Shown here: positions 1-8,310 of the stretch, one piece after another
Numbering within the stretch: the stretch's first letter is position 1
Layout of the letters: the number at the start of each line of letters is the position of its first letter
From: an uncultured Gemmatimonadales bacterium
GTDB lineage: Bacteria; Gemmatimonadota; Gemmatimonadetes; Gemmatimonadales; Gemmatimonadaceae
Length of the DNA: 64,000 nt
Reading direction: 5' to 3'
Assembly: GCA_963851265.1 (NCBI GenBank)
Contig: CAWKNZ010000002.1
Location: 96,001-160,000 of the forward strand
Made by a program: the position numbers and the translations under genes
Notes under the pieces: generated by a model
What the model was told of the DNA's origin: nothing
Seen by the model: the letters and a program-made list of their open reading frames with translations, nothing else
Database searches by the model: none

Positions 1-1
1 T

Positions 2-331
2 GCGCTGCGCGAGGATGCTGGTTTCGACGTCGTACTGGCGCGGCGTGAGGCCGGCCGCGAGCACGGCGGCGGCCGAGACAGCGCCGAAGGCGCCCCACGC
101 GAGCCGACGCCGGCGGCGCAGCGCGCGCCACGGGAATCCGAGCATCGCGCGGAGTTGGCCGACGTCGACCACCGGCGGTTCGGCGGCCTCGGGCTCCGGC
201 CAGAACACGTCGGCCGAGGTGCGGCGGTGGACAACGGTCGACCCGCGTTGGGCGGGCGAATTGAAGGCGGGCGCCGGCGGCGTGTAGCTGGACGCGACGG
301 AGCGCGCGGTGGCGCGTGGGAGGGACAGCAT
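2..331 (-). CDS. Polysaccharide co-polymerase / chain-length determinant (Wzz/Wzc-like), N-terminal part, runs off window start
   Basis: Own translation from ATG 331: ...LRAMLGFPWRALRRRRRLAWGAFGAVSAAAVLAAGLTPRQYDVETSILAQR. Basic stretch + TM helix + PxxY motif typical of Wzz N-termini; downstream of the OPX gene. Confidence 0.7.
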   Translation of the reverse strand, partial: MLSLPRATARSVASSYTPPAPAFNSPAQRGSTVVHRRTSADVFWPEPEAAEPPVVDVGQLRAMLGFPWRALRRRRRLAWGAFGAVSAAAVLAAGLTPRQYDVETSILAQR

Positions 332-366
332 GGACGGGCCGGAAGGCGGCGGAAGGCGCGGGGCGC

Positions 367-537
367 TCACCCGAGGTGGGGGAGCACGAAGAGGACGGCG
401 ACGAGGTACGCCGCGTACGACGCGGCGACCCACGAGACCGCACGCCGGAGCGCGCGCGCCGGCGACGGGTGGCGTGCTGCGCGCATCGGGAGTACGACGG
501 TGGCGACGAGCACCGAGATGAGCAGCAGCTTCCCCAC
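367..537 (-). CDS. Small 56-aa two-TM membrane protein (absent from ORF track)
   Basis: GTG 537 to TGA 367: MGKLLLISVLVATVVLPMRAARHPSPARALRRAVSWVAASYAAYLVAVLFVLPHLG; starts 5 nt after the OPX stop; GC3-rich codons. Confidence 0.65.
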   Translation of the reverse strand: MGKLLLISVLVATVVLPMRAARHPSPARALRRAVSWVAASYAAYLVAVLFVLPHLG

Positions 538-542
538 GGGCG

Positions 543-1199
543 TTACTCCGCGACGACGACGTCGCCGTCGCGCAGGCGGAACGACGCGGCCCGCGGCGAG
601 CCGCCCGTGATGGCGCCGAAGGTGAAGCGGATGCGCACCGGCTCGGGCGCGCGACGCATGACGTAGATCCGGTCCGCGTGGGCGAATTCAGTCAGGCCGC
701 CGGCGTTTGCGAGCGCTTCGGCAATCCCGCTCCCCTCGGTGAGGGCGAACGAGCCGGCGCGGACGACCTTGCCGAGGACGCTCACCGACACCGGCCGGCT
801 CTCGTCGAGGGCGACGCTCACGCGCGGGGTGAGGACGAGGTTGGCCTGCCGCAGGCGCTGCTCGATATCGCCGGCCACCTGCGGCGGCGTGCGGCCGGCC
901 ACGGGTACGTCGTTGAGCAGCGGGACGGTGATGCGGCCGTCGGCGCGGACCCGCGCGCGGGTCGAGATCTTGTCGTTGTCCCACACCTGAACGGCGAGCA
1001 TGTCGCCGGGTGAGACGACGTACTCGGCGGCGGCCGCGGGTGGCGCGTACTGGTCGGACCAGACGTAGCGGGGCGCCGACGCACACGCGCCCGCGGACGA
1101 CAGGCCGAACAGGAAGAAGGCGAGGCGGAAGAGGACGCGTCCGCGGCGCGAGACGGGCGGGATCATGGCGAACGACGGGTGAGGATCGTGAGGTGTCAC
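543..1199 (-). CDS. Short OPX/Wza-family polysaccharide export lipoprotein (Poly_export + SLBB)
   Basis: Lipobox-like AGAC; EYVVSPGDMLAVQVW...VRADGRITVPLL...VSVLGKV...AGGLTEFA...LRDGDVVVAE; lacks the C-terminal OM helix. Confidence 0.9.
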   Translation of the reverse strand: MTPHDPHPSFAMIPPVSRRGRVLFRLAFFLFGLSSAGACASAPRYVWSDQYAPPAAAAEYVVSPGDMLAVQVWDNDKISTRARVRADGRITVPLLNDVPVAGRTPPQVAGDIEQRLRQANLVLTPRVSVALDESRPVSVSVLGKVVRAGSFALTEGSGIAEALANAGGLTEFAHADRIYVMRRAPEPVRIRFTFGAITGGSPRAASFRLRDGDVVVAE

Positions 1200-1212
1200 G
1201 GGGCGGGTGTTG

Positions 1213-2427
1213 TCACCACGCGCCGGTGTAGCCGGCGGTAACGCCGATGTTCTGCGAGCGGACGGTCGGGTCCTGCGTGCGGCTGCGGCGCGAGGCGCCC
1301 GCGCCGGCCCAGAACCCGGCGGCGATCGGGCGGCGCACGTCGGCGAACGAGGCGTTGGTCACGGTGCGGGGGCCGGGGCTCGTCGGCACGCGGCTCCAAG
1401 CCTGCAGAACGCCGAGGCGGACGAGCATGCCGCCGGGGGCGACGCGGCTGTACGCCGCCTCGGCCTGGTCGGTGGCGAGCACCTCGCCGACGCCGAGCAG
1501 CGGGGTGACGTCGCGCACGACGCGGACGGTCCACGCGGCGCCTAACGCTGACGCGCCGAGCTCCGCGCTGCCCGCCGGTGCGAGCGTCGGGGCGCGCCCG
1601 GGCGTGGTGTACGCGCCCGCGCCGGCGCGCAGGCGCAGCTGCGCGGCGCCGAACACGCGCGCGTCCCAGCCGAGCGCGGCCGATTCGGCGCTCAGCACGC
1701 TACCGCCCGTCTGTGTGCGGTGGCCCTCGAGCGTGACGCTCACGGCGGTGGCGCTCGCGAGCTGGCGCACGACGCTCAGCCGAGCGCGCGCGCTCGTACC
1801 GCTCGCGAGCGCGCTCGCGTCGTAGCGGATGCGGTCCAAACCCGCGTCGGCCGTGACCGTCGTCAGCTCGGTCGTGCGGTACGCGGCCGTGGCCTGCGCC
1901 GTGTAGGTGCGGGAGAGCGAGAGTGGCAGGAGGGGGAGCACGCCGCTCGCCGCGGCGGGCGCGCCCGGCGCGGGCCCGCCGGCGTCCGGGGCGTCGGTCG
2001 CCGCGGACCCGGTCGCGAAGCCCGAGCCCGCGGCGACGTCGCGCGACAGGCTGGTGCGCGCGGCGGCGCCCGCCCGCACGTCGAGCCGTGGCGTTAGGCG
2101 TGCGTCGGCGGCCGCCGACGCGCCGTACGTCGAGCGCGAGAGGTCGGGCGCGCCCTGAAACCGCTGCAGCTCGCCGTCCGCGGTCGCGGTGACGACCGCG
2201 CGGGCCGACCGGCGGGCGAGGGAGACTCCGACGCGCGCGCGCGATAGGACGTCGGCGCTGTCCGCGGCCGACTGGAAGCGCGGATTGCTGACGACCCCGG
2301 TCTCGCCCTCGGCCGTGAGGCCGACGCCGAGCGCGCGCGGCTGCGCCGCCGCGCGGGCGCCGGGTACGCCCGCGGCGAGCACGCCGGCGGCGACGGCGCG
2401 CGCGCCTGCGCGCGGCAAGGCGCGCAC
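1213..2427 (-). CDS. Outer-membrane beta-barrel protein of the EPS locus
   Basis: Signal peptide ending AAA-Q, alternating amphipathic beta-strands, C-terminal aromatic (GVTAGYTGAW); adjacent to OPX. Confidence 0.75.
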   Translation of the reverse strand: MRALPRAGARAVAAGVLAAGVPGARAAAQPRALGVGLTAEGETGVVSNPRFQSAADSADVLSRARVGVSLARRSARAVVTATADGELQRFQGAPDLSRSTYGASAAADARLTPRLDVRAGAAARTSLSRDVAAGSGFATGSAATDAPDAGGPAPGAPAAASGVLPLLPLSLSRTYTAQATAAYRTTELTTVTADAGLDRIRYDASALASGTSARARLSVVRQLASATAVSVTLEGHRTQTGGSVLSAESAALGWDARVFGAAQLRLRAGAGAYTTPGRAPTLAPAGSAELGASALGAAWTVRVVRDVTPLLGVGEVLATDQAEAAYSRVAPGGMLVRLGVLQAWSRVPTSPGPRTVTNASFADVRRPIAAGFWAGAGASRRSRTQDPTVRSQNIGVTAGYTGAW

Positions 2428-2428
2428 G

Positions 2429-4279
2429 TCAACGACCCTCGGCAGCGCCGGCGCTCGCGCGGGGCGCGGACGGCAGCGGCGGGCGGCCGGAGCCGGCGTC
2501 CTGGCGGACCGCCGCCTGGGGGCGCGTCGCCGTACCGCCGGAGGGCGTGTGCCCGCGCACGCCGGGCAGGATGCGCTCCAGCGCGGTCGGGTACTTGCCG
2601 CCGAACGTCAGGATCGTCGCCGCGAGGATCCGGAAGTCCACCGCGGCCGAGGCGTGGCGCACGTAGAGCAGGTCGTAGTGGATCCACTGGTGGAAGTCGC
2701 CGGTGCTGCGGTCCCGGCGGCACACCTGCCACAGTCCGGTGATGCCGGGGCGCACGGACAGGCGTCCGTGGCGCCACGGGATGCAGATCTGGTTCTCGCG
2801 GAACGGCGACGGGCGCGGGCCGACGAAGCTCATCTCGCCGCGCACGACGTTCCAGAGCTGTGGCAGCTCGTCGACGTTGAGCCGGCGCAACCAGGAGCCG
2901 ACGCGCGTCACGCGCGGGTCGCGGTCCATCTTGAACTGCGGGCCGTCCAGCTGCTGCGCGGCGGCGAGCGCCTTCTGCAGGGCGTCGGCGTCGGGCCGCA
3001 TGCTGCGGAACTTCCAGCAGCGGAACGCGACGCCGTCACGCCCTTCGCGCCGGTCGCCGTAGAAGATCGGGAAGCCCGAGTCGAGCGCGACGAGCACCGC
3101 GCACACGAGCATGACCGGCGAGAGGAGTACGAGGGCGGCGAGCGCCAGCACGGGTTCGACGGCCGTCTTGACCCGCGGGTAGGATGACGCGCGCGCCGGT
3201 GCGGACGGCGCCGGCGTGCCGCCGCGCGTCTCGCGCCGCTGTCCCTGCCCGCTCGGCACGAAGCCGCGCCCCGACTCGTCGCTGGCGACCACGCGGTGGC
3301 GCACCGTGGCGCCGCTCGCGACGCGGGCGCCGTCGGTGAGCAGGCACTGGGCGATGGTGGCGCCGCTCTCGACGTGCGCCCCGCGCGCGAGCAGCGCCGG
3401 GCCGACGACGAGCGCGCCTGCCTCGACGTGCACGTCGGCGGCGACCACCACCGGCCCGACGAAGCGCGCCGACGGATCGATGTGAACGCCACCGCCGACG
3501 ACGAGCGGGCCTTCGGTGACGCCGGCGACGTCGGACGTGCCGTCGCGACGCGGGGCGCCGCGACGCTCACCCCGCGCGTCGTCGACGAGCTGCACGATCC
3601 GTCGTTCGGCGAGTGCGAGCGCGCCGGCTTCGTCGCTCAGGTCGACGAGGCGGCCGTGGTAGGTCACGTCCTGGCTCGGCACGCCCTGCGCGGCGAGCGA
3701 CGCGCGCACCGCGGTGAGCGACGTCCACTCGGCGTCGCCGGCGACGAGCACGCAGGAGACCGGGACGCACGATGCGACGATGCCCGCGGGGAACGGCCAG
3801 GTGACGGGCTCGAAGTAGCGCTGCACGCGCCGGAGGCGGCCGTCGACGCCGGGCTGCACGAATTCCTTCGCGCCTAACGGAGCGGTTTCGAAGGCGAGCA
3901 GGTGCCGCAGCATGCGCGAGTCGCGCACGCGCGCCTCGACGAGCGGTCGCAGGTCGATGCCGTCGAGCGGGTAGCAGTCGGCCGCGACGATGAGCAGCGT
4001 GTCGGACGGGTCGAAGCGCGACAGCGGGTCGCGGAAGACCTCCGCGCCGACGACCGCGGCCAGTTGGGGCGCGGTGCGGCGCACCGCGGCGAGGTACCGC
4101 GGGCCCGCGTCGAAGCGCGGGAGCAGCAGCGGGGCGTGCTGCGTCACGTCGGACACGCGTTCCATGACTTCCTCAAGCACGGTGCCCGTGCCCGTCGGAA
4201 GCAGGAGGAGTGACGAGGCGCGATCGCCTTCGCCCACGTAGGGGAGACGCGCGTCGAGCAGGAGCGGGATGATGCGCAC
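2429..4279 (-). CDS. Priming phosphoglycosyltransferase (Bac_transf) fused to an N-terminal degenerate nucleotidyltransferase-like domain and LbH domain
   Basis: C-terminal KFRSM...[13 protein letters not shown]...[21 protein letters not shown]; central hexapeptide repeats. Confidence 0.85.
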   Translation of the reverse strand: MRIIPLLLDARLPYVGEGDRASSLLLLPTGTGTVLEEVMERVSDVTQHAPLLLPRFDAGPRYLAAVRRTAPQLAAVVGAEVFRDPLSRFDPSDTLLIVAADCYPLDGIDLRPLVEARVRDSRMLRHLLAFETAPLGAKEFVQPGVDGRLRRVQRYFEPVTWPFPAGIVASCVPVSCVLVAGDAEWTSLTAVRASLAAQGVPSQDVTYHGRLVDLSDEAGALALAERRIVQLVDDARGERRGAPRRDGTSDVAGVTEGPLVVGGGVHIDPSARFVGPVVVAADVHVEAGALVVGPALLARGAHVESGATIAQCLLTDGARVASGATVRHRVVASDESGRGFVPSGQGQRRETRGGTPAPSAPARASSYPRVKTAVEPVLALAALVLLSPVMLVCAVLVALDSGFPIFYGDRREGRDGVAFRCWKFRSMRPDADALQKALAAAQQLDGPQFKMDRDPRVTRVGSWLRRLNVDELPQLWNVVRGEMSFVGPRPSPFRENQICIPWRHGRLSVRPGITGLWQVCRRDRSTGDFHQWIHYDLLYVRHASAAVDFRILAATILTFGGKYPTALERILPGVRGHTPSGGTATRPQAAVRQDAGSGRPPLPSAPRASAGAAEGR

Positions 4280-4293
4280 GGTCGGGCTGGTCC

Positions 4294-5439
4294 TCAGCCG
4301 GTGACGCGGCCGGGCACGAGCGGCCCCGGAAAGAGCGTGAAGTCGCGCGGGGCGCGCACCTGATCGCGGTCGTGCGTGGCGTGCTCGGGCGTCGTGAGGG
4401 CGTCGGTGGGCTGCACCGTCGCATCGACCACCTCGACGACGCTCATGAGGCGTTCGCCGGGCGCGATGACGACCGCGTGCGCGAGGAGCGACGCGTCAAC
4501 GAGAGCGCCCGCCCCGACGCAGCACCGCTCCCAGACGGTCGAGCGCGCCACGACGGCGCCGGCCTCGACGGTCGAGCGCGCGCCGATGCTGACCGGGCCG
4601 ACGATGACGGCGTCGGGCCCGACGGACGCGCCCGGTCCGATGATCACGGGGCCGATGAGGCGTGCGCTCGGATCGACCGTGGCCGTCGGGTGGCGGAGTC
4701 CGTCACCGACCGGCACGTAATCGCGGAAGTCGACGCGTTGCGCCGCGGTGGCGATGAGCCAGCCGCTGACCGCGGCGTAGCTGGCGTAATCGAGGACGCG
4801 CGGCGAGAGGCCGCGCATCTCGTGGACGTGCACGCGCTCGCCGGCGGCGTAGAGGCGTTCGAGGAGCCCCTGCTTGATGTCCTGGAAGCCGAGCGCCGGG
4901 ACGCTCTCGAGCACGTGACGCTCGAACACGTAGATGCCGCCCGGCGCGCCGCGGCGGGGCGCACCCACGGCCGCTCGCCGCCGGTCGACTTCGACCACCG
5001 TCGTCGCGGCCGCGCCGGTGCGCCAGTGGGTGGCGAGGAGCGCGGCGAGATCGATCGACGGAATCATCGCACCCTCGACCAACACGTACGTGCTCGCGGG
5101 CGTCAGTTCGGCGGCGTCGCGCGCGCAGCCGGCGGGCCCACGCGGCTGGGTGTCGACGTGGTACGAGAGTGCCATCCCGAGTGCGGCGCCGTGGCCGAGT
5201 GCTTGCTCGACCATCGGGGTCGAGCTGTTGGCGCAGATGGTCGCCGCGGAAACGCCGCCGTCGCGCAACCAGGCGAGCGGGTACGTGATGAGGGGGCGTT
5301 GCGCGACGGGGAGCAGTGGGCCGCGCAGCAGGCGTTCGAACGCGCCCTCACCCCAGTAGTAGGACCCGGCGAGCACGACGCCGTGGACCGATCGCGCCTC
5401 GAACGGCGCATCGGATGCGGGGTGGTGGTCGGTGGTCAC
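4294..5439 (-). CDS. NDP-sugar synthase-like protein (nucleotidyltransferase + LbH), degenerate signature
   Basis: GVVLAG...PLLPVAQRPLI...PRGPAG...GGIYVF plus C-terminal hexapeptide repeats; lacks GxGTR and the conserved Lys. Confidence 0.8.
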   Translation of the reverse strand: MTTDHHPASDAPFEARSVHGVVLAGSYYWGEGAFERLLRGPLLPVAQRPLITYPLAWLRDGGVSAATICANSSTPMVEQALGHGAALGMALSYHVDTQPRGPAGCARDAAELTPASTYVLVEGAMIPSIDLAALLATHWRTGAAATTVVEVDRRRAAVGAPRRGAPGGIYVFERHVLESVPALGFQDIKQGLLERLYAAGERVHVHEMRGLSPRVLDYASYAAVSGWLIATAAQRVDFRDYVPVGDGLRHPTATVDPSARLIGPVIIGPGASVGPDAVIVGPVSIGARSTVEAGAVVARSTVWERCCVGAGALVDASLLAHAVVIAPGERLMSVVEVVDATVQPTDALTTPEHATHDRDQVRAPRDFTLFPGPLVPGRVTG

Positions 5440-5863
5440 GGCGCGTGGGCGGAAGGAGGGGAGAGGGCGGCGGGGTACATCGGGGAGGGTCGGCGCGAGC
5501 GGGCCGGGAGGTGAGCAACGGCGCCAGCTCGTCGGTGAAGCATTCCTCGCACGTCGCGTCGAAATAGCGGGCCGACGACGCCGGCACGGGGCGGCTGCCC
5601 AACGCGCATGATGCGGGTCGAGCCACTCGCCCGCGTTTCTGGCGAGCAGCGGGGCGTTGCAGGCGATCGCCTCGTGCTAGGCGAACCCCGCGGGGCCCGA
5701 GCCCGCACACGTGAAGGACGCCCCGCGCACGGGCGGGCAACGCGCGTCGTCGGGCGAGGGCACTGCGGCGGACTACGCGCCGTCGGCGGCGTCACCGAAG
5801 ACGGGCGTGGAGACTACGCGGGAGATCCCACGCGTGGCCTCGTCATCGGCCGCGGCGGACGCG

Positions 5864-7576
5864 TCAGATGTGCACGGCCTCCGCACTGGCGCGCCGCGGA
5901 CGAACCGTGACCGCGGCGGCGGCGACCACGCTGAGCGGCGGGGCGGAGCGCATGAGCACCGCATTCGCCGAGACCTTCGTTCCGCGCCCGACCGTGATGG
6001 GCCCGAGGAGCGCGGCGCCTGGCCCCACGTGGACGTCGGCTTCGAGTGCGGGGGCGCCGATGCCGTGTCCGTCGGGGTGCATGCTTTCGCCGAGGGTGAC
6101 GTGTTGGAACAGGATGCAGCCCGGTCCGACGCGCGCGCCGTGACCGATGACGAGGCCGGTGCCGTGGACGAGCACGACGCCGGGCGCGAGGTCCGCATCC
6201 CAATGCAGCTCAGCGCCGTAGACGTGGCGGATGAGTCGCGAGGCGATCTTGGCGGGTAGCATCAGGCCGAGTGCCCGCAGCAGGCGCATGGCGCGGTAGG
6301 CGGCCATCATCTGCAGGCCGATGCGCTGGACGAGGTCGGAGAGGAGACCGGTCGACCTGACCTCGCTCGCCGCGCCGTCGTGCGAGACGGACCGGTACTT
6401 GACGTCGGTTCGGTGCAGCGCTTCGTGATCGGCGCACGTGTCGGCGACGCACTTGAGCACGCGGCCGAGTGGCGGGAGCGCGTCGTCGCGCACCGCGTTG
6501 AGGTACCGGCGCAGTCCGCTGCAGGCTGCGCGTCGGCTGCCCGCGCCGGCGCGCACGCCGGCGAAGTACTGCAGGCCGTAGGCGAGGGTCACCGCCGCGA
6601 GCGCGAGGCGCTCGGCGCCGAGAGTGGCGAGCGCGGTCGCGACGCCGGCGATCGCCCAGGCGAGCGGGCGGGCGACTGCCGGCGCCAGCGCCGCGAGGAG
6701 CATCAGCGGGCGCGAGACCGGGTTGACGGCGAAGAGGAACCGCCACGGGTTGGTGTCGGGGCGTCCGCCGTGCTTGGTCGAGACGCGCAGGTCGGCGGCA
6801 CCGTAGGCCGCCGAGCGCCGCATCCACTTCGCGAGGCTCGTGTGGTCGGACGCGTGCCAGCCCACGGCGGCGTCGCTCAGCACGATCTCGGCGCCGGCGC
6901 GGTCGAGCCGCATCCCGAGCTCCGCGTCTTCCGACAGACGGAGCGAACGGTCGAAGCCGCCGACCGCTTCATACGCCGCTCGACGCATCGACACGTTGCC
7001 GGTGTAGACGTTGCTCCCCACCGGACGTTGCACGCCCCGCGCGACGTCCGCCGCGAGCCGATCGAGCGTGGCGAGGTGGAAGCGCTCGAACAGCGGGAGT
7101 GGCGTGTCGGGCTCGGGGCGCAGGCGTCCGAGCACCACGCGGCCGGGTCCGGGCGTGGGGAAGTCGTCGTGCGCGGCGCCGTGCGCCTCGGCGTGCGCTT
7201 CGAGGAAGTCGCGTCCGATGCGAACGTCGTCGTCGACGATCACGAGGAGCGTGCCGCGGGCGAGGGTGGCGGCGTGGTGCCGCGCGGCGCCCGGACCGGC
7301 GTTAGGCTGCGCCACGACGCGCAGGCGGTACGGTACGCCGTCCGGCGCGAGGAGCGGCGCGAGCGCGTCGCGTACCGGGGGAGTCGATCCGTCGTCGACG
7401 ACGATCACCTCGAAGCGGTCGGGCGCGAGCGTCTGTTCGGCGAGCTGGGCGAGCAGCCGCGCGACCGAGCGGGGCCGGTTGTACGTGGCGACGATCACGC
7501 TCACGAGGTACGCGTCGGTCGCGACCGCCGGCTCGGCCGGCTCGGCGAGCCGCACGGGCTGCAGCACGGCGCTCAT
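5864..7576 (-). CDS. GT2 glycosyltransferase fused to a C-terminal serine O-acetyltransferase-like (LbH) domain
   Basis: VSVIVATYNR, VVDDGS, DDD, GGFD..EDAELG; C-terminal GAELHWDADLAPGVVLVHGTGLVIG..VTLG; ATG 7576 overlaps the upstream stop (ATGA). Confidence 0.85.
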   Translation of the reverse strand: MSAVLQPVRLAEPAEPAVATDAYLVSVIVATYNRPRSVARLLAQLAEQTLAPDRFEVIVVDDGSTPPVRDALAPLLAPDGVPYRLRVVAQPNAGPGAARHHAATLARGTLLVIVDDDVRIGRDFLEAHAEAHGAAHDDFPTPGPGRVVLGRLRPEPDTPLPLFERFHLATLDRLAADVARGVQRPVGSNVYTGNVSMRRAAYEAVGGFDRSLRLSEDAELGMRLDRAGAEIVLSDAAVGWHASDHTSLAKWMRRSAAYGAADLRVSTKHGGRPDTNPWRFLFAVNPVSRPLMLLAALAPAVARPLAWAIAGVATALATLGAERLALAAVTLAYGLQYFAGVRAGAGSRRAACSGLRRYLNAVRDDALPPLGRVLKCVADTCADHEALHRTDVKYRSVSHDGAASEVRSTGLLSDLVQRIGLQMMAAYRAMRLLRALGLMLPAKIASRLIRHVYGAELHWDADLAPGVVLVHGTGLVIGHGARVGPGCILFQHVTLGESMHPDGHGIGAPALEADVHVGPGAALLGPITVGRGTKVSANAVLMRSAPPLSVVAAAAVTVRPRRASAEAVHI

Positions 7577-8310
7577 GCGACGCTCCGCACGCGCGGGGCC
7601 GAGGTCACAACGTGCACGAGGTCGCGCACGCAGCGTGCTCGTGCGACGTCGGAGGGGTGCAACTCGACGCCGAACGCCTCTTCGAGGGCCAGCAGCACGT
7701 GCGCGCTTCCGTCGGCGTCCCAGCCGCGGACGGCTGCACACGCGGCGTCGAGGTGCGGCGGGGCGACGAGCCCGAAGGCGCGGGCGACGATCGTCGGTAC
7801 TACGACCGCGGCATCGGGGTCGAGTGGGCGTGCGGGCACGCCGCCGATCCGCGCGCCGTCCGGAACGGTGCCGCGCACCACGCTGCCCGGCGCCACGCGC
7901 ACGCCGGCGCCGATCACGGCGCCGCGCAGGACCGTCACGTTAGCGCCGATGGTGGCGCCGTCGCCGATGACGATCGGGGTACATTCAGGGCGCGCGTGGA
8001 AGTCGTCGGCGACGTGGAAATCGGTGTCGAGAATCATCGAGAACGGGCCGACGACGACGTCGTGGCCGATGCGCACGTGTGCGTGGGCGGTGATGCCGAC
8101 GCCGTGGTCTATGGTGACGCGGTCGCCGATCTCGAGCGAGGCCCCCGGGCCGGTGACGAGGTGGGTCGGGACGGGCGTCGCATTGAGCACGAAGGCGTGC
8201 CCGATGGTGATGCGTCCGAGGTTCTCGACCGCGGGGCGGCCGCGGACGCGCGCGCCGCGACCGACGCGCTCACAGGTCGCGAACAGCGACGACGGCAGGT
8301 GTGCGCTCAT
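7573..8310 (-). CDS. LbH acyltransferase fused to a C-terminal acyl-carrier-protein-like domain
   Basis: Hexapeptide repeats, ILDTDFH, GGVPAR; C-terminal GWDADG.AHVLLALEEAFGVEL ACP-like helix. Confidence 0.75.
   Translation of the reverse strand: MSAHLPSSLFATCERVGRGARVRGRPAVENLGRITIGHAFVLNATPVPTHLVTGPGASLEIGDRVTIDHGVGITAHAHVRIGHDVVVGPFSMILDTDFHVADDFHARPECTPIVIGDGATIGANVTVLRGAVIGAGVRVAPGSVVRGTVPDGARIGGVPARPLDPDAAVVVPTIVARAFGLVAPPHLDAACAAVRGWDADGSAHVLLALEEAFGVELHPSDVARARCVRDLVHVVTSAPRVRSVA

Noticed and set aside
5440..5863. Short ORFs in the gap inside the EPS locus
   Set aside because: No frame gives a convincing protein; probably an internal promoter/leader; no recognisable motif
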